From the NCBI GenBank assembly GCA_017991635.1, contig JAGOQE010000003.1, positions 1 through 56,828 on the forward strand: a stretch of 56,828 bases of DNA, given 5' to 3'. The notes beneath the pieces were generated by a model that was given only the letters and a program-made list of their open reading frames with translations, was not told the origin of the DNA and searched no databases. Made by a program: the position numbers and the translations under genes. The stretch is from Minisyncoccota bacterium (GTDB lineage: Bacteria > Patescibacteriota > Minisyncoccia > Phycocordibacterales > Phycocordibacteraceae). Below, one piece after another: positions 28,336-37,940 of the stretch; positions within the stretch are counted from its first letter, which is position 1, and every line of letters begins with the position of its first letter.

Positions 28336-29505
28336 ATGAAACGAATTCTTATTTTCTCCCTCGCATACTACCCAAGCTTTGTCTCAGGAGCAGAAGCGGC
28401 GATTAAAGAAATCACCGACCGTATCTCGCCTGAAGATATTGAGTTTCACCTCATCACGCTGCTGTTTGATAAACACGCGCCCTGTGAGGAGCAGATAGGG
28501 AACACTCACATATACCGTGTTGGATTTGGCGGAGCCTATCTTTCTAAGGTTCTTTTTATACCGCTTGCAGCCCTAAAAGCTAGAAGCCTACATAAGAAAC
28601 TATCGTTTAATGCTGTGTGGGCAATGATGACCTACATGCTTCTTCCGGCAGTATTGGCTCGTGCAATTGGTGTGAGGGTTCCGCGTATCCTTACGCTTCA
28701 AGACGGTGACCCGTACGAGAAGGTTTTCGAACGTGCGTTCATTAAGCCATTTATTCCTGTGCTTGATTATGGTTTTAGAACTACTGATCTGGTCCAGGTA
28801 ATTTCTTCGTATCTTGGTACGTGGCCTAAGAGACGTGGATATATGGGAGAGGTGGTACATATACCTAATGGCGCAAATCCAAGAGACCTTCACGAAGAGG
28901 TTAGTGAAGACGAAATTAGTAAACTCAGAGCGTCTCTCAAGAAGAAGCCTGGAGATATATGGCTCGTAAATACTGCACGCTTAGTACATCAGAAGGGTAC
29001 TGATGACACGATACGGGCACTTACCATGCTCCCCAAGCAAGTATCATTTTTGGTAGTGGGTGGGGGACCTGACGAACAGTCTCTTAAAGCTCTTGCTCTG
29101 GAGTTAGGTGTAGAAGACAGAGTGATCTTCACAGGAGCGGTGGAGCGCACTCAAGTCACTGCCTACAGAAGAGTGGCTGATATTTTCGTAGGCCCTTCTC
29201 GCTCAGAAGGTCTTGGTAATGCTTTTCTCTCAGCAATGGCTTCGCAATTACCTGTAGTTGCTACTCAAGAAGGAGGGCTCGCCGAGTTTGTGTTTGGTCC
29301 AAATGATACGCACCCTCAAACAGCGTGGGTGGTAGGGAAGGATGATTCTGAAAGTATTGCTCGAGCAGTTGAAAACATTCTTGCGCATCCAGAAAAGGTG
29401 GAGATGGTGACTAAGACCGCCCGAGAGATGGTTCTTGAAAAGTATGATTGGGACAAAATTGCCCTTCAGATGAAGGAGCGGGTTTTTAATACTGTCTTAC
29501 AATAA
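28336..29505 (+). CDS. Glycosyltransferase family 4
   Basis: 389 aa. VGPSRSEGLGNAFLSAMASQLPVVATQEGGLAE. Confidence 0.85.
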   Translation: MKRILIFSLAYYPSFVSGAEAAIKEITDRISPEDIEFHLITLLFDKHAPCEEQIGNTHIYRVGFGGAYLSKVLFIPLAALKARSLHKKLSFNAVWAMMTYMLLPAVLARAIGVRVPRILTLQDGDPYEKVFERAFIKPFIPVLDYGFRTTDLVQVISSYLGTWPKRRGYMGEVVHIPNGANPRDLHEEVSEDEISKLRASLKKKPGDIWLVNTARLVHQKGTDDTIRALTMLPKQVSFLVVGGGPDEQSLKALALELGVEDRVIFTGAVERTQVTAYRRVADIFVGPSRSEGLGNAFLSAMASQLPVVATQEGGLAEFVFGPNDTHPQTAWVVGKDDSESIARAVENILAHPEKVEMVTKTAREMVLEKYDWDKIALQMKERVFNTVLQ

Positions 29506-29509
29506 TCCT

Positions 29510-30055
29510 ATGTACTCACCACTACTTGAGAAGGCATTTCGTATGGCGCTTGAGGGTCATGCCTCTCAGAAGCGAAAAGGCGAGGAAACTCCCTATATAA
29601 CCCACCCTGTTGGAGTTGCGCTCATACTCGCCCGATATGGATTTGAAGAAGAGGTCATTGCTGCAGGACTTGCTCATGACTTGGTAGAGGATACGACCTA
29701 TACCGAAGAGGATTTGCGAGAGGAGCTTGGAGATACGGTGACTGATATCGTTATGAGTGTAACTAATTCGGCGACGCTCCCATGGAAAGATAAGAAGGAA
29801 GCCTACATAGAGAGCGTGAAAGAGGGAAGTGTAGGAGCAAAGGCTGTTTCTGTTGCTGATAAAGTTCACAATGCCGAAAGCCTTATTGCTCGGTATCGCG
29901 ACATAGGTACTCGACTATGGTCTGACTTTAACGCTTCTCGCGAAGACAAGCTTTGGTTTGAGGAGGCAATGCTCTCAATGCTTAAGGAGACGTGGAGCCA
30001 TCCACTTGTAGATGAGTACGAAGCACTCGTTACAGAGATGCGTACCCTCGTGTAG
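29510..30055 (+). CDS. HD-domain (p)ppGpp-hydrolase-like protein (RelA/SpoT HD_4 type, small alarmone hydrolase-like)
   Basis: 181 aa. A..GH..Q.RKGEETPYI.HP..VA, AGLAHDLVEDT. Confidence 0.8.
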   Translation: MYSPLLEKAFRMALEGHASQKRKGEETPYITHPVGVALILARYGFEEEVIAAGLAHDLVEDTTYTEEDLREELGDTVTDIVMSVTNSATLPWKDKKEAYIESVKEGSVGAKAVSVADKVHNAESLIARYRDIGTRLWSDFNASREDKLWFEEAMLSMLKETWSHPLVDEYEALVTEMRTLV

Positions 30056-30057
30056 GG

Positions 30058-31161
30058 CTAGTGAAGATTCTTTTGTCGCAACTTTTCGTCCTCGCTACGA
30101 AGAGCGTCGCGACTTTCTATATAGGTACCACGAATTGAATCTGGTAGCGCTGAATCTGAAAGTACTGATGAGAGTACTTCTGACCAAAACACTATGCGCT
30201 CACCGTTAAGTTTTTCTAGATTACCCTCACTTCTGCTTTTTGCGAGTGTGTAATACCAAATGATCTCGGCGAGACGATAGATACGCATGAGGCGAAGCGA
30301 AACGGATTCTTCCGGAGTGCGGTTTTTCTCTACGTACGCCAGAAGATACTCCTTAAGCTTCGGATGGTAGAGTTCCATAAAGTTAAGGAAACGAGCCCAC
30401 CCCTCGTACTTATTTCCAAATTGCAAAGAGGAGTGGTCAAGAAGATATATGTTTTGATTCTGAATTCGAATATTGTGAGGAACAAAATCTGTGTGAGTAA
30501 GGAATCCGGAATATTGTTCAATCACGCGTTCGTCCTTTTCGAGAAGTGCCTGTCCTTGTAGAAGATGGCTTTCAAGAGATGGGGGTACAGGCGCGTCTTG
30601 AGTGATGTTAGTAACAAATTCCTTATAGGTACGTAGGTAATCTTTGGCAGTTCTTTGACCAAAGGTACGTTCCGCAACAAGTGCGTGCTCAAACGTAGTT
30701 GCGTGTGCAGATTCCTGAATCTTAAAACCTTTTAGTGCCAAGAAAAACTGCTCTTCAATAGGGCGAGCTAGAAATGTCGATTCCTGAGGAATAAATTCCT
30801 GTATTGAGATAGTCTGTCCTTGATTGTTTGCAAAGAGTATTTCCTTTGGTGTGTAAAATGGCTCGTATGCAAAAGCAATGTTCTTGAGTGCATTTCTGCA
30901 TACACGCTCATGCGCAAGTTCTTGAGCTCCTTGAAGGTCCGACGTTGCCTTAATAACCACGCGCTCATCAGATTTAGTGTTGCCGAGCAAGATTACTTTC
31001 TTGCCACTTGATGTGGTTACTGCCTGCATTAGAAAACGCTCTCCCTGCAAGTGAAGCTGTTCTTCATCGAGTGTAAGGCCGTGCTCGGTAAGGAATGGAC
31101 GCAGTAACTCCAACTCTTGTGCTACATACGCTTCCCATTGTTGTTGTTCAGTCTTAGGCAT
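30058..31161 (-). CDS. APH/choline-kinase-family phosphotransferase
   Basis: THTDFVPHNIRI...IYLLDHS resembles the Brenner/APH catalytic loop. A start at 31161 gives the 8-nt overlap ATGCCTAA with the upstream gene; longer starts are possible. Confidence 0.6.
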   Translation of the reverse strand: MPKTEQQQWEAYVAQELELLRPFLTEHGLTLDEEQLHLQGERFLMQAVTTSSGKKVILLGNTKSDERVVIKATSDLQGAQELAHERVCRNALKNIAFAYEPFYTPKEILFANNQGQTISIQEFIPQESTFLARPIEEQFFLALKGFKIQESAHATTFEHALVAERTFGQRTAKDYLRTYKEFVTNITQDAPVPPSLESHLLQGQALLEKDERVIEQYSGFLTHTDFVPHNIRIQNQNIYLLDHSSLQFGNKYEGWARFLNFMELYHPKLKEYLLAYVEKNRTPEESVSLRLMRIYRLAEIIWYYTLAKSRSEGNLEKLNGERIVFWSEVLSSVLSDSALPDSIRGTYIESRDALRSEDEKLRQKNLH

Positions 31162-31690
31162 GGAGAAGTGTTTCGTTAATGAGTCTGACATGTTCTTTCC
31201 AAGAGTTCTCGTACGGTTCAATGTTCTCCGGCTCACCAAAAGGAAGGATTTCAGGACGTTCCATAGGTATTGCGTAAATGGTTTCGTGAGAGCGCAGTTT
31301 CAGGAGGTGTTGAATGAGTCGTGGTAAAAATCGTTTTTGGGACTTTGCGTTTGCAGACACATCTCCGATATGGAATATGATTGGAGTTTTCAGAACCAGT
31401 GAACACAGTAGGGAAGGGAGTTCAACAGAAAGACCATTTTCCACGAAGAGCACATCAGCCCGTTTGCTCTTTCGGTATAGGGCCACGGTAAAGGAAATCA
31501 GCCGAGGCAGCTTTCGCTTACGTTTACTTACTGCTTCGATTCCAACCCCAAATACGGCTTCTGGGATATGGCCATAGGTAACAATATGCACGTCGTGAGC
31601 CTCTTTAAGTCGTGTCGCCAGCTCCTTTATATAAGGGGCTGGAGGGGCAATATCGGGCGGATAGAGGGGTGTCGCAAGTACGACCTTCAT
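31154..31690 (-). CDS. Stand-alone GT4 N-terminal-domain protein (no C-terminal catalytic half)
   Basis: 178 aa. MKVVLATPLYPPDIAPPAPY parallels MKMVLATPLYPPQSGGPATY of the divergent full-length GT4 at 31754. The EX7E region is absent. Confidence 0.6.
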   Translation of the reverse strand: MKVVLATPLYPPDIAPPAPYIKELATRLKEAHDVHIVTYGHIPEAVFGVGIEAVSKRKRKLPRLISFTVALYRKSKRADVLFVENGLSVELPSLLCSLVLKTPIIFHIGDVSANAKSQKRFLPRLIQHLLKLRSHETIYAIPMERPEILPFGEPENIEPYENSWKEHVRLINETLLHA

Positions 31691-31753
31691 ACTAGAAATC
31701 TATCATGTATTTAATTGTGCGCTTGTCTCATAAACACGTTAGTATACATAGGT

Positions 31754-32833
31754 ATGAAAATGGTGCTTGCTACACCCTTGTATCCTCCTCAGTCGGGCGG
31801 ACCAGCGACTTACGCCCGTCTTTTAGAGGAAGAGTTACCTAGGTACGGAATTCAGGTTGTAATAGTAAAATTTGGTTCAGTATTATTTCTTCCCCCGGTT
31901 GTGAGGCATTTTGTATATTTCTGCATGTTATTAATTAGTGGAATTGGGGCTCGTGTTTTGTTCGTTCAGGATACTGTAAGCGCAGGCCTTCCGGCAGTGC
32001 TTGCTTCACGAGTGTTGGGCATTCCGTTGGTGTTGCGTGTGCCAGGTGATTTTGCTTGGGAACAAGGGGTGCAACGATATGGAGTGGCTGATAATCTTGA
32101 TAAGTTTCAGAAGAAAACTTATAGCAAGTCAGTGGAACTTCTACGGAAGATACAACAGTTTGTTGTGCGTTCCGCTAATTCAATCGTAGTACCGAGTTTA
32201 TACTTTAAAAACATCGTTAGTCACTGGGGAACACCGCAAGCTCCAATCCATGTAATTTATCACGGAGTACTTCCGCTTTCGGACAAGATAACGGTGCAGT
32301 CACACATATATCAACACTTGGCGGTCACAGCAGGACGTCTAGTTCCTTGGAAGGGGTTCGAAGGTGTCATAGATGCAGTTGTGGCTTGCCCTGAGTGGCA
32401 TCTTGTCATAGTGGGAGGAGGCCCGTACGAGGAAACGTTGAGGGAAAAAATTAGAACTGCAGGTGTTGAAGATAGAGTCCATCTCATAGGCGAACAGCCA
32501 AGAGATATTGTACTTGGGTGGTGTCAGGCCGCAGACGTGTTCGTTTTAAATTCTTCTTTTGAAAGCTTTTCGTTTCAAATAGTCGAGGCGATGGCGGTTG
32601 GTGTCCCAATTATTGCGACAAATATTGGAAGCATTCCAGAATTAATAACTGACAAAAAGGACGGTTTGTTAATTTCACCAAATGATACGCCTGCAATAGT
32701 TGACGCACTCAGAGATTTAGAAGTTCATCCCGAGGTGTGGCTTGCTCGTCAAAGGTCTGCAAAAGTGAAAGCGCTCGAATTTAACCGAGAGAGAATGATA
32801 GATGAAATCGTACAGTTACTCAAGGCCTTATGA
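31754..32833 (+). CDS. Glycosyltransferase family 4
   Basis: ATG at 31754. VLNSSFESFSFQIVEAMAVGVPIIATNIGSIPE. Confidence 0.85.
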   Translation: MKMVLATPLYPPQSGGPATYARLLEEELPRYGIQVVIVKFGSVLFLPPVVRHFVYFCMLLISGIGARVLFVQDTVSAGLPAVLASRVLGIPLVLRVPGDFAWEQGVQRYGVADNLDKFQKKTYSKSVELLRKIQQFVVRSANSIVVPSLYFKNIVSHWGTPQAPIHVIYHGVLPLSDKITVQSHIYQHLAVTAGRLVPWKGFEGVIDAVVACPEWHLVIVGGGPYEETLREKIRTAGVEDRVHLIGEQPRDIVLGWCQAADVFVLNSSFESFSFQIVEAMAVGVPIIATNIGSIPELITDKKDGLLISPNDTPAIVDALRDLEVHPEVWLARQRSAKVKALEFNRERMIDEIVQLLKAL

Positions 32834-33930
32834 AGATTCTTTTCATTTCAAGTGACTCAAAAATTTGTGAACCACAAAGTAAAGTTCGTGACCGACTTCG
32901 TGCATATGCCGCACTCACTGACTCTCTGATAGTCGTGTCTTCAGCCCATAGATCGATGCAACTGAATGAAGGGAATCTCTTTTTGCACACATTTGCCGAT
33001 AATAGAATTGTATATTTTTTTCTTTTACCGTTCCGTATACGCCACATCATACGCACTAGAATGGTTGATGTTATTTCTACTCAGGACCCATTTGAGCATG
33101 GTTTATTAGCTTTGCTTGCAACAATTGGTACCGGAGTGCGTGTGCATATGCAACTTCATACCGACCCTTTTGCGCCGGGATTTGTATCTGGAAGCACTTT
33201 GGGTGTTGTGAATTTAATACGAAGAATTCTTTTGTCAGTCACAATACCTAGGGCCTGTCGAGTCCGTGTAGTTTCAGAACGATTGAAAGATGAAATTGAG
33301 GCGAGGTGGAAGATTCCTGTCTCAGTTATTCCAGTCATGGTGCAGGAGCTTGTGTCTGAACCCACGTCAGTCCCAAAAGATCTAAATTCATTTATAACTA
33401 TCGGAAGGTTGGCTCCGGAAAAGAACGTAGAGGATATTATTTCCTCTTTTGCGCGAATCGTTTCTGAATTTCCTGAAGCCACACTTACTGTTCTCGGAGA
33501 TGGTCCAAGAAAGAAATTTCTTACGCAACTTACTGAACGATTAAGGGTACAGAAGAGCGTCACCTTTTTAGGGCACACCTCATCTGTTGCAGATATTCTT
33601 GCCAGAAAGCAAGTGTATGTGCACGCAAGTTCTTACGAAGGGTACGGACTGACACTTATAGAAGCTGCCCTCGGAGAACTTCCTATTATCACTACTGATG
33701 TGGGTGTTGTGGGAGACGTCCTCACTCATAACGAAAGCGCGTTAGTGTATCGGCCACACGATATAGATTCGTTGTGCACACACATGAAAGCCTTGCTTGA
33801 GAATCCAGAGCGCCAAATTACTCTTGGACAAGAGGGAGCGAAGAGGGTTAGAGAGCATCTTGCTCAGTATGCGAATGTACCTGAAATGGTGGTGCGCGAC
33901 CTCAAGGCCTGTATAAAGAGTTCTAGTTAA
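32830..33930 (+). CDS. Glycosyltransferase family 4
   Basis: 366 aa. VHASSYEGYGLTLIEAALGELPIITTDVG. Confidence 0.8.
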   Translation: MKILFISSDSKICEPQSKVRDRLRAYAALTDSLIVVSSAHRSMQLNEGNLFLHTFADNRIVYFFLLPFRIRHIIRTRMVDVISTQDPFEHGLLALLATIGTGVRVHMQLHTDPFAPGFVSGSTLGVVNLIRRILLSVTIPRACRVRVVSERLKDEIEARWKIPVSVIPVMVQELVSEPTSVPKDLNSFITIGRLAPEKNVEDIISSFARIVSEFPEATLTVLGDGPRKKFLTQLTERLRVQKSVTFLGHTSSVADILARKQVYVHASSYEGYGLTLIEAALGELPIITTDVGVVGDVLTHNESALVYRPHDIDSLCTHMKALLENPERQITLGQEGAKRVREHLAQYANVPEMVVRDLKACIKSSS

Positions 33931-33932
33931 GT

Positions 33933-34898
33933 ATGAAGCGTATTGTGACTATCGGGGGCGGAACCGGCACCTTTGTGGTGCTTTCTGGGCTTAAAGTGTA
34001 CAAAGACCTTGAATTAACTGCAGTCGTTAGTCAGGCCGATGATGGAGGCTCTACGGGACGTCTGCGAGATGCGTACGGATTCCTTCCTCCAGGGGATACC
34101 AGGCAAGCACTCGTGGCACTTGCCGAAGATGGAGACGTGCTTCGAAACTTATTTGCGTATAGGTTTACGAAGGGTGATGTACAGGGACACACGCTCGGAA
34201 ATCTTTTCCTTACTGCACTTACTGATCAGTGCGGAAGTAATGCTGAAGGTATTAAAGAAGCATCTCGAATTTTGCGCATACAAGGAAAGGTAGTCCCTGC
34301 AACAGAAGAGCCAGCAACACTGCTCGCAACGTTTGCCTCTGGGGTACAGGTGCGAGGACAACATGCCATGAGTGAGGCGGGGAAGGATATGGGCGCTCTG
34401 ATAACACTCGATCTTGCCGAGCCACTAAAGCTCACTCCTGAAGCTTTTGAAGCAATCGTTTCAGCCGACATGATAGTGCTTGGGCCGGGCTGTCTTTATT
34501 CTTCGACAATCGCTGCACTGTTGCCCGAAGGAACAAAGGACGCTTTCCAAAGGTCAAAAGCAAGAATCGTGTATGTCGTTAATTTGTTTACAAAACTTGG
34601 TGAGACGCATGGGTTTTCAGCAGGTGACCATGTGCGCGAGGTTGAAAAATACATTGGACGGAGTGTTGATTCACTGCTTGTGCACGCAGGTGAATTTAGC
34701 CAGGAAGTATTGTCTTGGTATGCGGAGGAAGGGGAAGAGCCTGTGGCTGATGATTTAATAGACGATGCTCGTGTCATTCGTTCTAACATTGCTTCGGTAT
34801 CTGTCGTTCCACCAATTCCAAACGATCCGATGAGACGGTCGCTTCTTCGTCATGATAGTAGTAAGGTAGCTAAAGCACTCTATGATGTACTTCGTTGA
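33933..34898 (+). CDS. YvcK/CofD-family (UPF0052) protein
   Basis: 321 aa. IVTIGGGTG, DDGGSTGRLR, PPGD.RQ. Confidence 0.85.
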   Translation: MKRIVTIGGGTGTFVVLSGLKVYKDLELTAVVSQADDGGSTGRLRDAYGFLPPGDTRQALVALAEDGDVLRNLFAYRFTKGDVQGHTLGNLFLTALTDQCGSNAEGIKEASRILRIQGKVVPATEEPATLLATFASGVQVRGQHAMSEAGKDMGALITLDLAEPLKLTPEAFEAIVSADMIVLGPGCLYSSTIAALLPEGTKDAFQRSKARIVYVVNLFTKLGETHGFSAGDHVREVEKYIGRSVDSLLVHAGEFSQEVLSWYAEEGEEPVADDLIDDARVIRSNIASVSVVPPIPNDPMRRSLLRHDSSKVAKALYDVLR

Positions 34899-35403
34899 TT
34901 TCGACCGAACCCTATTCGATACAGAACGCTTTTTCGCATATCTGAGTACACTTTCTTTCTTTAAAGATGTGTATGAGAACTCAAATGGTGATAAGGCTTC
35001 AATGGTTGCTCACGCGCTTCAGAATCCTGATTTTGCGTTTAAAAAGGGAGAACTCGCACCATTTTTATACGAAGACGCTGCAGCATTTCTTCGTGAAAAG
35101 GAGAATAGCGCCATGATTATTACCTTTGGGAATCCAGTATTTCAAAAGGCGAAGGTGGTGAGTGCTGTCGACGGCATTCCGCGCGTACAGGCACTTTATA
35201 CTGGGAATGTAAGAAAGGGAGAGTTTATCGCGCCCCACCTTGATATGTACGGACCCACACCAACCTTTATAGACGACGCGCCTCTAGAACTGGGAATACT
35301 AAATGAGCACTGTCCAACTGCACGACTATTTGAGATGCGTAGAGATGGGGGAGAGGGGTCCGGAGACTATACCGTTATACGTTCTCTACGTGAACTTCCA
35401 TGA
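34882..35403 (+). CDS. HAD-superfamily hydrolase-like protein
   Basis: 173 aa. The N-terminal motif I is VDFDRTLFDT. Confidence 0.55.
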   Translation: MMYFVDFDRTLFDTERFFAYLSTLSFFKDVYENSNGDKASMVAHALQNPDFAFKKGELAPFLYEDAAAFLREKENSAMIITFGNPVFQKAKVVSAVDGIPRVQALYTGNVRKGEFIAPHLDMYGPTPTFIDDAPLELGILNEHCPTARLFEMRRDGGEGSGDYTVIRSLRELP

Positions 35404-36440
35404 AGCTTTTATTTATCACACAAATCGTTGATAAGAATGACCTCGTGCAGGGTATTTACCATGAGTGGATTAGCATGCTTGCAAAGGAATATGAGCACCT
35501 ATCGGTCATGTGTCTCTATAAAGGAGGGCATACTCTTCCAGATAATGTGACTCTCTATTCTCTTGGTAAGGAAACGTATGGTGCTAAGTGGTACGCACGA
35601 CTGATGTATCTATTTCGGTTTTATAAATTTCTTCTAACTCGAAGTTACGGGTACGACAGAGTACTCGTCCATATGAATGAGGAGTACGTAATACTTGGAA
35701 AACCGCTTTGGTCACTGTTTGGAAAACGAGTATCAATGTGGAGAAATCACTACGCGGGTTCATGGAGAACTGCACTTGCATCAAGACTTTGTCACAAAGT
35801 GTTCTACACATCGGACCATTCGTATACTGCGCGCTTTAAGAATGCTGTGAAAATGCCGGTCGGAGTAGATACTACTCGATTTAAGAAACAAAACAGGATT
35901 CCTAAGAAAGAGAATTCGATACTCTTTCTGTCTAGGATGTCTCCTTCAAAACGGCCGCATATTTTTGTGGAAGCGTTACAGCTTCTAAAAGAAGAGGGAA
36001 TTACTTTTACCGCAACAGTGTGCGGTTCCCCAATCAAGAAAGATGTCCAATACTACAGAGAGTTAATGGATAAGGTTCGCACGCTGGGACTTAGTTCTTG
36101 TGTAACGTTTCTGGATGCTGTGCCAAATAGTGAGACACCCGCACTCTATCAGTCTCATGAACTGTTTGTGAACTGTTCACCGTCAGGCATGTTTGATAAG
36201 ACGCTGTTTGAAGCCGCGGCATGTGGCGATGCAGTTTTTGCTGTAAGTGACGACCTTGCAGAACTTACTGATGGATTGAGTTTTGTAAGTCAAGACAATG
36301 CGCAGTCTCTTGCTCAGGTGCTTAAAAAATACATGGCCAGCTCTCCAGAGGAGAGAGACGTGTATCTGAAAATCCTAGATACAGTCGTGGTTAAACATAG
36401 TTTCAGCAATTTAATGCGCCGTATTGTACTTGAGGTATGA
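35400..36440 (+). CDS. Glycosyltransferase (GT-B, GT4-like)
   Basis: 346 aa. A C-terminal FVNCSPSG.FDKTLFEAAACG region. More divergent than the other GTs. Confidence 0.65.
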   Translation: MKLLFITQIVDKNDLVQGIYHEWISMLAKEYEHLSVMCLYKGGHTLPDNVTLYSLGKETYGAKWYARLMYLFRFYKFLLTRSYGYDRVLVHMNEEYVILGKPLWSLFGKRVSMWRNHYAGSWRTALASRLCHKVFYTSDHSYTARFKNAVKMPVGVDTTRFKKQNRIPKKENSILFLSRMSPSKRPHIFVEALQLLKEEGITFTATVCGSPIKKDVQYYRELMDKVRTLGLSSCVTFLDAVPNSETPALYQSHELFVNCSPSGMFDKTLFEAAACGDAVFAVSDDLAELTDGLSFVSQDNAQSLAQVLKKYMASSPEERDVYLKILDTVVVKHSFSNLMRRIVLEV

Positions 36441-37219
36441 TGCACGTAATGAAGAAATTAACTTGCTACTGGCGTACTGCAGTAGCACTGCACAATTACC
36501 ACCCACTCCTCCTGTTCATCGAGCTTCTATCGGTGCCCTTTTTTAAAGGGGTTCGACGCAGAAAGCCGCAGCGCCTTCATGTTCGACTTGAAGGAGTGCC
36601 GCATGATTTATACGTACGTGACGGCGCTGATATTGCGACCCTGTATGAGGTATTTGTTTTAAAAGAATATGCGGTCTCTATACCTCAGCCTGCTCGTATT
36701 GTTGATATTGGGGGACATATTGGGAGCGCCACTCTCTTTTTCGCAACTTTATATCCTGAAGCAAAAATTTTTACGTACGAACCAGATCCTGACAGCTTTA
36801 AAGTACTACTAAAAAATACAGAGAAATTTCAAAATGTTTCTTGTGTAAACGCTGCAGTTAATGATGTTGGTGGAGTCGTTGAATTTTTTGTGAATAAGAG
36901 TTCTATATCAAGTTCACTTATAGAGCGAGACGGAACTTCAAAGATGACTGTTAAAGCAGTGGCTTTAGATACTATACTTTCTGAAACTATTGATTTAGTT
37001 AAGTTTGATATAGAGGGAGCTGAGTCAATCGTCTTTAGCTCTGCAAAAAATATTAGGAATGCGAAAGTTTACATAGGTGAAGTCCATCTCGATTTGATGA
37101 GTCAAGACAAAAAGTCTTTCTTTGAAAACTTCACCGGATATTACGTAAATGAGACTAAAATAAATGACTCACGGCTATTGGTCATTTTTGAGAGAGGGAA
37201 GGCACAGAAATGTTTGTAG
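36437..37219 (+). CDS. FkbM-family methyltransferase
   Basis: 260 aa. VDIGGHIGSATLFF, YEPDP, VKFDIEGAE. Confidence 0.75.
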   Translation: MMHVMKKLTCYWRTAVALHNYHPLLLFIELLSVPFFKGVRRRKPQRLHVRLEGVPHDLYVRDGADIATLYEVFVLKEYAVSIPQPARIVDIGGHIGSATLFFATLYPEAKIFTYEPDPDSFKVLLKNTEKFQNVSCVNAAVNDVGGVVEFFVNKSSISSSLIERDGTSKMTVKAVALDTILSETIDLVKFDIEGAESIVFSSAKNIRNAKVYIGEVHLDLMSQDKKSFFENFTGYYVNETKINDSRLLVIFERGKAQKCL

Positions 37220-37255
37220 AACAGAAATGTATATACCTGTATACTTAGAAAAAAT

Positions 37256-37918
37256 ATGAGCAAAAGTTGTGTGTACAAGAATAAACAGGAGCTAATAAGG
37301 TCTCTTATAAGAAATACTGATACTGTACTGGACGTTGGTTTCCTTGGTCAGGGTATTCAGGCAGATGACGTGCGCTGGCCCCATGCGCTCTTGATCAAAA
37401 CCGCAAAGGACGTTTACGGTGTGGATTTGTCGGTCGACCGTTCGCTGTTTCCTAGCGAATCTCATTATCAAAGTATTAGTGCGGAAAACTTCTCTTTTCC
37501 CGGGGTTGTGTTCGACGTTATCTTTGCAGGAGATTTAATTGAACATCTTCAAAATCCGGGACTATTTCTTGAAGCGTGCCGAACTCACATGAACGCTACT
37601 AGCCGACTCATAATTACCACACCAAACTGCTTCAATCTATTTAATATTACGGAAAAGATTTCAAAAGATGAGCCCACTGTGAATTCAGATCATACTTGTT
37701 ACTTTAATCATAAGACATTACGGACTTTACTATCTAAATCAAACATGGATGTAAATGACATTGGATATGTTTATTCCCTCGAGTACTCACATAAAGAGAG
37801 TTGGAAGAAGCGATTCCTGAATCTCATATACGCATTAGTATCATCGGTTACTCCGAAGTACCTTGAGACCCTTGTTATTGTTGCCAGTGTTAAAAATGAT
37901 GCGAATCAGACTGCTTAG
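37256..37918 (+). CDS. Class I SAM-dependent methyltransferase
   Basis: 220 aa. VLDVGFLGQG (motif I-like), DVIFAGDLIEHL. Confidence 0.7.
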   Translation: MSKSCVYKNKQELIRSLIRNTDTVLDVGFLGQGIQADDVRWPHALLIKTAKDVYGVDLSVDRSLFPSESHYQSISAENFSFPGVVFDVIFAGDLIEHLQNPGLFLEACRTHMNATSRLIITTPNCFNLFNITEKISKDEPTVNSDHTCYFNHKTLRTLLSKSNMDVNDIGYVYSLEYSHKESWKKRFLNLIYALVSSVTPKYLETLVIVASVKNDANQTA

Positions 37919-37940
37919 AGAGGGAGGATTAATTCTACAT

